The notes beneath the pieces are model-generated. The model was not told the origin of the DNA. It saw nothing but the letters and a program-made list of their open reading frames with translations, and made no database searches. From assembly GCA_036785375.1 (NCBI GenBank), contig JAWMAR010000049.1, positions 1,674,001-1,738,000 of the forward strand: a stretch of DNA of 64,000 nt, in the 5' to 3' direction. A program made the translations under genes and the position numbers. Shown piece by piece: positions 37,961 through 52,194 of the stretch. Source of the stretch: Leucoraja ocellata (taxonomy: Eukaryota). Within the stretch, counting starts at the first letter, position 1. Each line of letters begins with the position of its first letter.

Positions 37961-38879
37961 TGGACCACCATTCTACTTCCACCTATACCTTTGCTTGCAA
38001 GAGAAAGACCTTTGATAACAAAGCAAATGGGCATGAGCCGTTTGGAATGGTAAACTGCAGCCTGGGAAAATGAGCAGATTAAGAGAGTCTCCTTCCTTAA
38101 AATAACTACAAACTCTGTAATATTGCTAGCATAGTAGTCAAACATTGATTTGACAATAGGACAGGAATAGTAAAGGCCAGGTATTCATTTATTTTATTAA
38201 CATTTGCAGATCTAATGCAATGTTAATTTATTACATTGATTGCTAACATTCAATAATGTTCAGGGAAGCAATGCTGCATTCAGACAAATTATTTGTGTTA
38301 ATCTGTGCCAAAACCATCATTAGAAGAGACATCCTATGGTTAATTGATGTAGATGTTACTTTGGCTTTTGCAGTGGCGATATAATTGATGTCAGTGCTCC
38401 GAAACAGAGATAAGTCAGCCAGCTCCACTCCCTGGTTCACTTTCCATTATTCTTTGCAGGAAAGAATATTTCCATTAACCACACTGCAAAAACAACGCCA
38501 CCGCCTTAGGAAAGGAAAGAAAGTAATTAAACGAAAGGTGAAAATTAATGCATTATTGCGCTTTAGCTGCTTTGGTTTACCAGTACAATTGTACAAACAT
38601 CAGAAAATCATTTGAAATCGGAGTACTTTTACACGAGTCAGCAAATGCTGGTCACAGGATGAAACTCATCTCATCCACCTATTGCTGCAATGAATGAATG
38701 AGTGCAGCCAGGTGATTTCCCCATAGTTTCACCATCTGCGGGGTCCTAAATAAACACTGCAATCAGTCCTTGCTTGCCTGCATGAGTAACAGGTAATTGT
38801 CGACTGTCTTATGAAATAACCGATTAGTCTCCAGGGCTGTATTCCCTTTTGTTTAAACATATACTGCAAGGGCCAGAAA

Positions 38880-39210
38880 GTGAGTGTGTAAGATCATCTC
38901 CGACTCCTCTCACCCTGGCCACAAACTCTTTGAATCACTTCCCTCTGGAAGGCAACTCCGGACTGTCAAAGCTGCCACAGCCAGGCATGAAAACAGCTTT
39001 TTTCCCCCCACGAGTAGTAGCTCTACTCAATAACCAAAAATCTGTAGCCTCCTTTTGCTCTGGTATTTACATGTTTAATCAATAATGTTTTATTATTAAT
39101 GTTTAATGCTTTATGTGTCATTCCTAACTGTCATTGTATGTCATGTTGCCACTTGCGGGCGGAGCACCAAATTCCTTGTATGTGAATACTTGGCCAATAA
39201 CCTTATTCTT
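38880..39210 (+). mobile_element. Rex1/Babar-like 3' fragment
   Basis: HPGHKLFESLPSGRQLR remnant plus 3' tail. Confidence 0.7.
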
Positions 39211-40697
39211 ATAATAGTCAAGGGATCTATAAAATATAGACACCAGAATCTGCAGATGCTGGAATCTTGAGCAAAAAAACAAAGTGCTGAAGGAACTCAG
39301 CAGGTCAGGCAGCATTTGTGGTGGGAATGGACAGATGACGTTTGGAGTCAGGATCCTTCTTAGTCAGAGTTATACTTCATGGAAACAGGATCTTCGGCCC
39401 AACTTGCCCAATGCTGACCAAGATACCCCATCTACGCCAGTCCCACCTGCCCACGTTTGGCCCATATCCCTATCCTATCCTCTCCATTTACCTGTCCAAA
39501 TGTTTGTTAAGACTGATGCAGTATGGGTAGAAAACTGGAAAAGAAAGGTGAGGTCGGGCCAAAGCATGGCAAGTGATAGGCGGATACAAGTGAAGGGGTG
39601 GTTGGAAGATGGGTGGAGTAAGTGACAAAAGCTGGAGGTCAAGGTGAGAGATGACTGTGCTGTTATTTATGAATTTATATGATACCCACCATTGTATATC
39701 CCTCAATTTATTTATGAATAACATCTCAATGGGGCCATTTCAAATGAAAACAACCTTGTCTGCCCATTCCAAAACTCTCCTAAAAACTGTTGTTAATCAA
39801 TAAATCTGCATTCTTTGTGTGGAAATTGTTCCCATAATCAAGAAAGGTAGGGATATTGAGCACCAGAGATAATGGTTCTCCAAACATCCAATTATGTGTT
39901 CAAGAGTTAAGGGCCAAGCTCCTCTTCCTTTTTTGTGCAGTGGTCACTTTGCCCGTCTTTTATTTTGCACTGTAGTCAATTACTGTTGTTGATGTGAAAG
40001 TGAAGAGATGAATTTATGAGAAATACATTAGTCAGCGAAAGTCAAGATTAAAGATGGTGCGGGCATTACTCCAAGTACAAATTGACAGAACAAATGTGAT
40101 TTTGAAAGGAAGGCACCCAGAGTTACCAAAGATCAAGCAACAACAGATAATGCTGGACCTTAAAGACATGAAATGCTGGAGTAACTCAGCAGGTCAGGCA
40201 GCATCTCTGAAAAACATTGGTAGGTGATATTTCGCTTTGGGATCCTTTATCCAATTGATTTTGGGGGTGGGGTGGGGAGGGGGAAAGAACTATTCAAGTT
40301 CTCCAGGGATGCCGTCTGACCTGCTGAGTTACTCCAGCACTCTGCATTTTTGTTTACAGTGAACCAGCATCTGCACTTCCTTGTTTCTACAGAAAACTGC
40401 AATTTGTTGGTAAGTCCAGAAATGTTAATTAATTTACCTTCTTTGCGGATGCTGACAGACCAGCTAACATAGAATATATATAGGATTAAAGTAATCATAG
40501 TATACCTAGAAGAGTACTGCAGAGGACCAGGCCCTCCCACTCACCAGATCTATGCTAAACATATCATAGCCCTCAGTTCCCAGCATATCTACAAGTCTTC
40601 CCAGCAACAAGCCTCAAGTGCCACTTCAACCACCACCCCAGGCAACATGTACCAGGCACCAAATGTCCTCTACATAAAATATCATGCACCACTTGTA

Positions 40698-40935
40698 GGG
40701 TGGCACAGTGACGTGGCATTAGAGCTGCTGCCTTACAGCACCAGAGAGCAGGGATCAATCCCGACTATGAATGCTGTCTGTAGTTTGTACATTCTCCGGG
40801 TACTCCAGTTTCATCCTACATTTCAAAAATGTACAAGTTTGTAGGTTCATTGACTCCTGTAAACTATCCCTGGTGCATAGATAGAGCTAGCATATGGGCA
40901 ACCCTGGGCCGAAGGGCCTGTATCTCTAAACTAAA
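40698..40935 (+). mobile_element. HE1-like V-SINE (older)
   Basis: Degenerate tRNA head and tail. Confidence 0.7.
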
Positions 40936-43127
40936 CGTTGCATTTTCCCCCACTCACCTTAAACCTATACCCTCTAGTTTCCCTCCCCGTGAAAAAGATT
41001 CTGTCTATTTATGGATGTCTCTCATAATTTTACAAACTTTATCAGGTATCACCTGAGCCTCTGACGCTCCAGAGAAAGTAATCAAAGTTTGTCCAACCTT
41101 GTAGCTATTCATTCAAGTCCTAATGGACACGTTTCATTGGACCATGACCAATAACAAATAGCTAATACAAGGAAATGCAGTTGCTAGTTTACAAAACAAG
41201 ACACAAAGTGCTGGAATAACTCAGTGGGTTAGGCAGCATTTCTGGAGCACATGGATAGGTGATGTTTCAGATCAATGTATTTCACAATCTGAAGAAGGGT
41301 CCAAAACGTTTCACATCAATGTTCCTCCCTTCCCACAGGGGATGATAGAGAATCGGGATCACAATAATCCTCTTACAAGTTTTTCACATCCTCGTATCTT
41401 CTGCTCAGTTTTAACTCTGTGTTCCCTTGTCCTCGAGGGAAATAGAAAGGATGAATGTACAATCGTTTCCCCATGCTAAGTGAAATCAAGAACTAGAAGC
41501 CATAGGTTTAAGGTGAGAGGGGTAAGATTCAATAGGAACCTGACACACAATATACCCCCCCCCCCCCCATATACAAAGGGGTGGGGATATTGAATGTAGT
41601 TGAGACAGGGAGAACTACAATCATAAAAGCCATTTATACAGGCACATGGATAGAAAAGCCTAGCTTGCATGGGATTTCTTGGTCCGTATGAGTGTGTGAA
41701 CCAAAGGACCCGTTTCCAAGCTGTGACCATGTAAAAGCATATCTGAATAAGTAAAAGGGGAAACATGTGCATTTATGTGGCACCTGGAAAAAAGGAATTC
41801 CACTGTATGCATGTACATGTCAATTGAACCATACCTCATCTCTCAAATGTGAAATCGCATGAAATGTGCTGCCTTGTGTAAACAAATCCACCATTTTAAG
41901 TAGAATGGTTGCAAGGATCATACACACATGTCCCATAGGAACCGCAGTGCTTTTTAAAGTACAAGATATAAAAACATCTGAACTCGGCCATTAAAGGACA
42001 CAATACTGAAATCTACAGATACAACCTTGGGAAGTGCGATTATCTATGAAGAGAAGAATAAATGCACTCAGAATAACAAACATTAGCACATTGAGCAAGC
42101 ATTAAATTTTAGTTTAGTTTATTGACACATGTACCGAGTTACAGTGAAAAGCTTTTGTTGTGTGCTAGCTAAACAGTCAGCAGAAATACATTACATGATT
42201 AATGTTCCTTGAAATATAACTGACAGGAAGATACATTGTTAAAGGTAATAAGAATTACATAGGAAACATGAAAAGTAGAAAGTTATATAAAGAGAGAGAA
42301 ATTTCTTACAAGTGATTAGTTCAAAGCATCACAGCAAACTTCTATAATCCAGTTGGAAATATATATGCGGTGCAAGATCTTTAGGAATGATATTAGGTTT
42401 ACGGAGACTCTTAGAACCGAGTACTGAGGATGTTCTTAGTGATAAGAGGCTTTGTTCTAATGAAAATCCTGTATTAAACTGCAAGTTGTGATGATCTGAC
42501 AAAGTCCATAATGAAGTGGGTGACCAGTAATTTAATTAATTAATTAATTAAAACTCAACCAGGTGGGGAGTGATGGTGTGCTGTTTATGAGTAAAACAAT
42601 TTCAGCTTACAAGCTCAACTTCAACAGGATCATATGCTCTGGAGTTTGGGCCAAAATAACTTGGAACTCAGCCAAATCGTTAATTGAACTAAACCGATAG
42701 CTTATTCTTGATCTTATCCATTTGCAAAGGTCACAGTGTTGTTGTTGGACTGCGAGGAGAATGATATTGTGCGTCAGCAAATGTTCAACGTAAAAAGCCT
42801 TTCATAAAAGGTGAAAGGAATCATAGACAGGAAGTGTGGAAGAAAATCTATATGGCTTTGATCCTTGCGTTAGTCTCATGAAGCTGAAGTTTATCTGAAT
42901 AAAATGCCAGTGCATTATGAAATATGCAATCAAAGAAATCCCCCCCTCATCTTCCAAGTTCTCCCACCTATCTTAGCTTGGACTTAATTTTACTGAGACC
43001 CATCACCAACTGCATTGCTGTTAACACTGTAATCAAAAACAGACCACTGTTTAACTGCAACGATTGATGGACTGCATAAAGGTACAAGTTACACTGGTGA
43101 TCCGCAAAACTCCGCGGAAGTGTTAGT

Positions 43128-43510
43128 CATAGAGTCATACAGCACAGACACAGCCCCTTCAGCCCAGCTCAAACATGCTGCCAAAGATGCCCTGTCCAAG
43201 CTGCCCATGTTTGGCCAATATACCTCTATACTTTTCCTATCCATGTATTTTTCAAATATTGTTGGGGTACCTAACTCAACCACTTTCTACAGCAGCTAAA
43301 TCCGTACACCCGCCACTGTGTGAAAATGTTGCCCCTCAGGTTGTTATTAATTTTTTCCTCTCACCTTAAACCAATCCTCTGGTTCTCGATTCACCTACCC
43401 TAGGTAAAAGACTGAGATTTTCCACACTTCTACAAGATGACCCTTCAACTCTTGCGCTCCAAGGAATAAAATTCTAGTTGCTTAACCTCTCCCTGTAGCT
43501 CAGGGCCTTG
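43128..43510 (-). mobile_element. CR1 3' fragment
   Basis: LEFYSLERK remnant and CR1 3' UTR. Confidence 0.7.
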
Positions 43511-45120
43511 AGTCCTAGCAACATCGTTATCCTTCTGTTTGTGATGTCCTACGCTGAGGGATGGATAATCTTCGTGCCTGACCCGACAATTTAGAACCAG
43601 TGAAAAAGGAGTGCTTTCAAGTTGCCCGACTATCAACAGAAGGTGCTAGACATGACCGTTTATTGCCCTCACGATAACAGCTTGGACGGAAAACCTGGCT
43701 GAACAGAAAAGTAGACAAACTTTAAACTCAGGGCTCTGCATCAGTATGCAACTAAGAATGCAAGCAATACTTTTATGGCAACAGACCTGGACTAAATTTA
43801 ACCTCAACACCCCTGGCAGTAATCCTGACGGTGAGAGAGGCTATCAAGGGTAAAATTTGAGGTCATTTGGGCCAATATAGATCGATTAGAGAATGCAAAC
43901 AAGGATTGGGTCTCCCTCATCTGATAGAAGATTTTTGATTACATAATTAAGAAGGGTAAAAATGAGATTGACATTGACATGGTAAATGTAATATTCCAAA
44001 ACTACACTTGATAAAGTACTGCAGTATAAGAATACCATCAAGATTGAAGGTCAACCGAGGCTGTAGCATCATGGATAGAAAACTGGTAAAGTAGCAAAGC
44101 AGCAACGAGAGGTAGCACTTGGACTGTAGGGAAATGTACCGTGCAGTTCTCCAGGCTCGGTCCTTTTCTTCATATGCATTGATCAATTTCTACTTGATTC
44201 TACACAGCACAAGTTCCAATGCTGCAGATAACACAGAACTTGGAAGCACAGCTAATTTTAAGGCAATATGGAGAAGCTGGTGGAATGGGTCATGCAGATG
44301 TACTGAGAAACATGGAGTCATATGTTGGCCAAATGAGGCAACACATAAACTAGCAGCTACATTTCTTGAAGGGGAATAAGAACAGAGCTGGAGGTATAGT
44401 TTGGTTGAAAGTGAAAAGACTGGTTGAGAAAGTGGTTACAAATGCACTGGGACTTACCTGGATGATATTTTTATGGACTTCCAGAAGGCATCCATGAAAT
44501 GGTTAATTTAAAAAGTGCATGGGTGTGTGTGTGTGTATTAGTGTCTATGTGTGTATATGTAGTGTGTATAAAGGGATACTTTACCAGAACAAGTCCAAGA
44601 ATGAGGGACTTCAGTTATGTGAATTGACTGGAGAAGCTAGAGTGTTCTTAATGGAACAGAGTCACAAAGACATTTCATCCAGATATTTCAAATCATAAAA
44701 GATTGGGCAAGTAGATAAAGGGATCTCTTCCCCCCCCCCCCACACACACACACACATCTGCTTATTAACAGCTCATTAACTCTTTCTATTTAGACAATAT
44801 TCATATCATTTGGTTGGGTTAAAAGTACATCGCCTCTTGTAGACTCGCCTTACTACAGCTATCAACAATTCTGCACCCGTCACTAGGTCTGTCAATATGC
44901 CTACACACACACACACCCCCCCATGCTCTTTATTTATTTTATTAACCATTTCATAAGGCTTGATGGATGCCTTCTGGAAGTCCATAAAAATATCATCCTT
45001 AGACATGCACTCGTCTATCATGCTAGCTAGTTCCCCAAAATAATCAAGTACTTCGATGCGAGGGAGGAGTTAAGAAATGACTGCAATTCATTGGGCAGAA
45101 CTACCATCAGGAAAGACACA

Positions 45121-45840
45121 TGGGCCTGTCCCACAGGCGATTTCTCAGCGGACTGCCAGCGACTGTCAAGTTGCCGGCAGTCGTCTGAAAAAAACGACAA
45201 CTGGAACGGCGACACACACACACACATTGCTTCCTTCACCAGCCCATATACATTTTTTTAGACAGCGCTCCCCCTGCTTGCCTGGTCTAAACAATTCACA
45301 CGGTGCAAAGCCAAGGTGATACAGACACAATCTGCGATGAACAGGGTGGTTGGCGCTGTAATTAAGACGGCTAAAGCACAGTGTACGGTAAGTCCTTTAA
45401 AAGAGGGGGGGGGGGGGGGGGGGGGGGGAAGAAGGAGTGGGACAACTTTTAAGAAGCCAGAGAAACACGGCTGTGAAGCTCGGCGGACATTTAACGTATC
45501 CTTGGTTCTGAAAACTACTCCTTTTTTTCCCCAATGAGCCAATGAAATTCACCGGTCCAGCACCAGCTACAACCTACATGAACCTCCAAGAACCTTCGAC
45601 CTGCTGCCATCCACTAGGACCTCCTGGGGACCCACCTACAGCACGAGGAAATTCTCGCTACTCTCCATGGCGGCTTCATTCTAGTCGCTGCTAATTTCAC
45701 GGCGAACATAATGAGGCCGCGAATGTGGAACTGCCTCGCGCCCATGAAGGTGACTCCCCTGGCAACTATCCGCGAACATGTGGCGACTGCATAGTGTCCT
45801 GCAGTCGCCTCCAAAAAGTCACCTAAGTGGAACAGGCCCA
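45121..45840. mobile_element. PIF/Harbinger non-autonomous element (720 bp)
   Basis: TIRs tgggcctgtcccac / gtggaacaggccca, related to 23346-24107. Internal poly-G. Confidence 0.7.
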
Positions 45841-47395
45841 TAAAGCTGACTGAAGGGAGGATCACAAAATGTACTAGATATTCATAACACAAACCATAAA
45901 AATGTAAGAGCTTTCATGTAATTTTACTAGTCAATATGAGACACGAGAAATTGTATGAAACTAAACGGCCTAATTAAAAAGTGATGGAAATCCTGTAGAT
46001 TTTTAAAAAATACTTCAGTTGATCGAGTATGCCAGATTCTGATTACATAAAAAGGACTTGAAGGGTAAGAACTGCAGAAATAATTGATAAAGGGAAACAC
46101 TGGTTTCAAATTCAGCACAACATGGTCCAAAACACAGAAACAAGGTCATAACTAAATGATCTGCTAATGGCAACTGAGAACTGAACATAGGGGATTCCAA
46201 GAACTCCTCCTCTTGAAAACACTTTGTTTCTTTGGACATCCATTGCAAGAGGCAGTCAGGATCAGTTTAATGCCTCATTTGAAAAGCATCATAAATGGCA
46301 AACAACCATGATTCAGAATTGTCAAAGCTCATCAGGCAATACACACAACAGGATTAATGCATTTATTTACAAGATAAATTCTTTGGCAATCACTGCAGCT
46401 CCACAGTCTATAAAGACTTGACCCACTGTATAAAGAGAAATTTTATGCCTTTGAAGAAGCTTTGTTTTTTTTTGAGATTCTATAAATTCAAAACAATAGC
46501 TGGAATAGAACTATTACTATAGTCATTTAATCACGTTAGGCAGTACAAATGAGCAAGATTTAACCCTCTATTTTCTTCTTCCTGCGAGGGATCGTGTGAC
46601 GTAGTACAACATTTTCAGATGGGAACTCATTTTACGCTTAACAAATGGCAGCACCACACGCCTATTTTGTTTGATTTCATCGTAAACTGAAAAATACTTT
46701 AAGAATATTGGATACAACCTTTTTTTCCCTCATGCGACACACAATAGCATGCGGCAGATTTTATACAGAGTTTTTAAATAGAGTCATCAAGAAATAGGGA
46801 ATCTATGAAAGAGGTTGCAGTAAACATGAATCAATAGACCTAACAAAGCTTCATCTGTGATGCTTTCGATAAGTGGAAACAATTTCTCTTTGCCCGCTTT
46901 ATTTAAGGCCTCCATTAGGTGACTTCAGCTCCCAACACTCTCTTCCATCTCTTCCCTTTCAATGGATGCCATTCATCTCAAAATAATGTATTCAATATAC
47001 ATAGGAAATTGCAAGCTTTATATCATAGACTTCTCAGACATTCAAACCATTCATCCACTAAGAGAGAGCGAGCACATTATTCCAGAAAACTTTTGCTTCT
47101 TCAGTTCAAAGACAAAAATGTTAATTGCACATAGAGTAACAAAATAAAGTTTCAGAAAGACAAACATTAACATACTACAACGAAAAAGCTAAATAATTAA
47201 ATTGCAAGCTTAAAAACGAGTTTCAATCAGGTCAATAGCCTTCATTTCCATGTACATGAACCAAATAGAATAGTATTGGGATAAAGCATTGTTTTAAATT
47301 ACAGATAATTATACAAAAGGCAATCCAAGTCACTGAATTACTTTAATTTAGTTTGCACTTTCTTTAAAGTTCTAACCCATTATAATCTAGGTTTG

Positions 47396-47575
47396 TTTAA
47401 GAAAGAACTGCAGATGCTGGAACAATCGAAGGTAGACAAAAATGCCTGAGAAACTCAGCGGGTGAGGCAGCATCTACGGAGAGAGGGACGTTTCGGGTCG
47501 AGATCCTTCCCTCTCTGTCGCCTATCCCTCTCTCCATAGATGCTGCCTCACCCGCTGAGTTTGAATCTGTCTACC
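47396..47575. mobile_element. Penelope-derived hairpin mini-element
   Basis: Perfect 15-bp TSD tataatctaggtttg at 47381-47395 and 47576-47590. Confidence 0.88.
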
Positions 47576-47686
47576 TATAATCTAGGTTTGCAATAGATTT
47601 TGAATAAATGAGCAATTAAACTTTCCATGAAGTGAAAATGATCACAATTTTTCACATTTGAACCAACCATCACATTGGAGAAATTA

Positions 47687-49335
47687 CAGTGCCTTCCATA
47701 ATGTTGTGGGACATGTATTTATTTGTCCCAGTACTCCACAATTTGAGATTTGTAATAGAAAAAATAATCACTTGTGGTTAAAGTGCATATTGTCAGATTT
47801 TATTAAAGGCCATTTTTATACATTTTGGTTTCACCATGTAGAAATTACAGCGCTGTTTATACATAGTCCCTCATTTCAGGGCACCATAATGTTTGGGACA
47901 CATGGATTCACAGGTGTTATAATTGCTCAGGTGTGTTTAATTGCCTCCTTAATGCAGGTATAAGAGAGCTCTCAGCACCTAGTCTTTCCTCCAGTCTTTC
48001 CATCACATTGGATACTTTTATTGCTGTTTATCAACACGAGGACCAAAGTTGTGCCAATGAAAGTCAAAGAAGCCATTATGATACTGAGAAACAAGAATAA
48101 AACTGTTAGAGCATCAGCCAAACCTTAGGCTTACGAAAATCAACTGCTTGGAACATCATCAAGAGGAATGAGAGCACTGGTGAGCTTACTAATCGCAAAG
48201 GGATTGGCAGGCCAGGGAAGACCTCCACAGCTGATGACAGAAGAAAAATTCTCTCTATAATAAAGAAAAATCCACAAATACCTGTCCGACAGATCAGAAA
48301 CGCTCTTCAGGAGTCAGGTGTTGATTTGTCAATGACCACTGTCCGCAGAAGACTTCATTAACAGAAGTACAGAGGCTACACTGCAAGATGCAAACCACTG
48401 GATAGCCGCAAAAATAGGATGGCCGGGTTACAGTTTGCCAAGAAGTACTTAAAAGAGCAACCACAGTTCTGGAAAAAGGTCTTGTGGACAGATGAGACAA
48501 AGATTAACATATATCAGAGTGATGGCAAAAGCAAAGTATAGAGGAGAGAAAGAACTGCCCAAGATCAAAAGCATAGTACTTCATTTTGAAACACGGTGGT
48601 GGGGGTATTATGGCCTGGGCATGTACGGCTCCTGAAGGTACTGGCTCACTTATCTTCATTGATGATACAACTGCCGATGGTAGTAGCATAATTAATTCTG
48701 AAGTGTATAGACACATCCTATCTGCTCACGTTCAAACAAATGCCTCAACTCATTGGCCGGCAGTTCATTCTACAGCAAGACAATGATCCCAAACATACTG
48801 CTGAAGCAACAAAGCAGTTCTACAAAGCTAAAAAATGGTAAATTCTTCAGTGGCTAAGTCAATCACCTGATCTGAAGCGAATTGAGCATGCCTTTTATAT
48901 GCTGAAGAGAAAACTGAAGGGGACTAGCCCCCAAAACAAGCATAAGCTAAAGATGGCTGTAATACAGGCCTGGTAGAGCATCACCAGAGAAGACACCCAA
49001 CAACTGGTGATGTCCACGAATCAGACTTCAAGCAGTCATTACATGCAAAGGATATGCAACAAAATACTAAACATGACTACTTTCATTTACATGGCATTGC
49101 TGTGTCCAAAACATTATGGTGCCCTGAAATAAGGGGGGGGGGGGGGGGAGAACTATGTATAAACACTGCTGTAATTTCTACGTGAAACCACAATGTATTA
49201 AAATGGCCTTTATTAAAATCTGACCATGTGCACTTTAACCACATGTAATTTTTTCCTATTACAAATCTCAAATTGTGGAGTACAAAGGCAAATAAATAAA
49301 TGATGGGTCTGTCCCAAACATTATGGAGAGCACTG
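47687..49335 (+). mobile_element. Full-length Tc1-family transposon with IR/DR ends
   Basis: TA flanks, CAGTG…CACTG ends, about 215-bp TIRs each with outer and inner ccataatgttt-ggac repeats. Confidence 0.95.
48036..49070 (+). pseudogene. Tc1 DD34E-type transposase pseudogene
   Basis: GRPGKT, VLWTDETKI, KHGGGGIMAWAC, QQDNDPKHT, WLSQSPDLKRIEH, GYATKY*. Probable start mutated to ACG, frameshifts, internal TAG near 48974. Confidence 0.92.
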
Positions 49336-49534
49336 TATATATTCCATTCCAGCTTCCTTAATAAGAGGTAACCTATTCACTGGTCCAATAATATTGCTAT
49401 GAACTTACTGCGGAAAGTAAACAGGACTCAGTGGAGATATTTACTTCTTGATGTCGTTAACACTTACCCAGAACGATTTGCAGCCTATATACGAGGCATG
49501 AGTGTTATGCCACGGATAAATGATATACAATTGT

Positions 49535-49822
49535 TCAGTTTAGTTTAGAGACACAGCGTGGAAACAGGCATTTTGGCACATTGAGTACACGCCGACCTGT
49601 GATCCCTGTACACCACCACTATCCTACGCACTTGGGACAAATTACAACCAAACCCAATTAATTAACGGACATGTACATCTTTGGAATGTGGGTGGAAACT
49701 GGAGCACCCAGGAAAAACCCACATGGTCACGAGGATAATATGCAAACAGACAGCACCCGTCGTCAGGATTGAACCCGGGTCTCTGGTGCTGACAGGCAGC
49801 AACTCTACCGCTGCACCACCAT
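49535..49822 (-). mobile_element. HE1-like V-SINE
   Basis: Homology to the other copies. Confidence 0.8.
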
Positions 49823-50196
49823 GCTACCCAAACAGACTATTACATCATCCATCGCGTCTACTCAAATGATTAAGCGGGTAAGGAGGCACAAAGCCATCCA
49901 CATGGGGCAATGGTGCAAAAACAGAACTGGGCCGTGTACACTGCAGTTTGATTCATTTCCCAACAGTAGGCAAACCCAGCAATCATGCATCATTCCTCTC
50001 CCAGCCTTTCTGATAAGCTATATGGTAATTAACTGTGTAGTAATATCTTGGGCATTACCCAATATACTAAAATACAATAATTTGCCCTATATATTTACTC
50101 TGGAAACTTTTCTATGTGCTGTTTCCAAAAATTAAAGTCTCTGCAATTTTCTTTAAAATAGCTGAAAATATTGTTACGGCAATGCAAAGCCTGTCA

Positions 50197-51050
50197 TTTA
50201 AAGTATCAGCATACTCTTCCCTTTTTATTCAAGGAAAAGTGAACATTTTGAAATATTAGACAAAAAAAGTTATTTTGTTGCCTGCTGAACTGAAAGCTGA
50301 TAGCAGCCCATTAGCTGGAATTCATTTACTGTAAAACACAATGCTCTGTTCATTTAATGTTGCATAATTACAGAAGAATGTCTTGGTTGTAACATATAAA
50401 GGCCTAGGTCAGATGCAATCTTAACACCAAACACACTGCTCGAGTACCGCTGAAATTAATTCAAGAATATGATTTCAAAACAATGGATTTGTTTCAATGG
50501 ATCAGATGTGGTTGCAATCCAAAAAAGCCCAACGTCCAATTAGTCTCATTAAGCACTTATTGCAGCCTGTATAGTTTTGGCAAATAATTGTAAAGACAAT
50601 TCCATTACCATTTTAAAGTCTAAAGCCATCTTTTAGGTAAAATAATGGAACAACCTTGCGGATTTTGGGTTTGTTTTATAATTTACATATTGGTGTTAAA
50701 AAGTAAATTATAAAACTATCCGATAGTCTACAGCTAAGAAGCAGAGCATCATTTATGTTTCTGATCTCTAACCTCCTCACATGGCCTTTCACTATTTTCG
50801 CCGCCACGTGCTTATCAAAGTTTGCCTTACGATTTCTATGCTATTCACCAAACCACCAGCTGATGATGGTTCGGGGATAATTAGGATCGAGAGCGCTAAC
50901 CAGTTGATGTACTAGTGACTTTCATGTATTCTCTGCTACCGGCTGCAATATTCCTTGGCTGTGATGACATTTGCTTTGCTTTTGCCTAATATTTCAAAAT
51001 GTTCACTTCTCCTTGAAAATAAAAAGGGAAGAGTATGCTGATACTTTAAA
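50197..51050. repeat. About 70-bp inverted repeat pair (50197-50264 / 50981-51050)
   Basis: tttaaagtatcagcatactcttccctttttatt…aagtgaacattttgaaatattag and its reverse complement. Confidence 0.85.
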
Positions 51051-51734
51051 ACCATCCCACAACAAAATGTCAGCTTTTTCTGAAAGCATGTACTCAATTC
51101 TGGAATCATAGCTTTGAATCTTTACCCACCCTCTCTTGTTCCTCTAACTCTTCTATAAGAACATGCACAGAACTACCCATTTAATTTGACAAGGCTCTTA
51201 TACAAGTTTATTATTAATTTCAATTTTGCAAATCTATCCAATTGGAAACGTATCGCTGTGATTTGCTGGCATTTTATGATTGCATTATTAATTTATCGAC
51301 TAACTTGGTTAATCTGTAGCACACAATCATCTGTTCCACAAGACTTCATGATCAAAGTAAGTGGATGGCCTACTTATTCTTTTATTCTTCCCATCCAATG
51401 ATCCCCCCCCCCCCCCAAAGGATAACCTAGCTTTATTTTTGAATAAAAGGCTTCATCTACACCTCGTGTAACTTGTCTTCAGGCATTGGAGAACTGTGGA
51501 AGCAGGGGGTTGGGCATAGGATGCAATGTTAACTCAATTTATTTCTTGCTAGCAGCGTACAATTTTGCAATGTGCTTTAAATAAATACCAATATTGTGTA
51601 AACTGTCTATCACCCAACACTTTGCTGTTAAGTTGCCGTTGAAAGAATCAAGCTGTCAAGTTTTAATAAATCTTTTATTTTTTTTGTTTCCTTCTGCACC
51701 AAGGAAAGAAGTTAACTGGAGTCCAGGAACGAGT

Positions 51735-52150
51735 GGGTTAGCACATGAGCGTTTGACAGCACTGGGCCTGAAGTTTAGAAAGATAGGGGGGAGGGACCTC
51801 ATTGAAAGCTACAGAATTATGGTAGGCATAGAGTGGATGTGGAAAGGAAGTTTCCACTGGTGGGAAAGTCTAGGACCAAAGGTCATAGCCTCAGAATTAA
51901 AGAGCGCTTTTTTAGTAAGTAGGCGAGGAGGAACTTCTTTCATCAGAAGGTAGTTAATCTGTGGAACTCATCGCCAGAGGGCTGAGGAGGCCAAGTCAGT
52001 GGATATATTTAAGGCAGAGATAGACAAATTCTTGATTAGAACGGCTGTCAAAGGTTGTAGGGTGAGAGCAGGAAAATGGAGGTGGAGATCAGCCATGATT
52101 GAATGGCAGAGTGGACTTGATGAACCAAATGACCTAATTCTACTCCTATA
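51735..52150 (+). mobile_element. CR1 3' fragment
   Basis: ERLTALGL…DLIESYRI remnant and 3' UTR. Confidence 0.75.
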
Positions 52151-52194
52151 ACTTGTGAACTCGAGTCCAACATGGAAATCTTGAGCCGAATCTA

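Noticed and set aside
50860-50898. Functional hammerhead (CTGATGA-TGGTTC…GGATC-GAGAGCGCTA)
   Set aside because: The GAAA core reads GAGA and no stem I forms. At most a decayed remnant.
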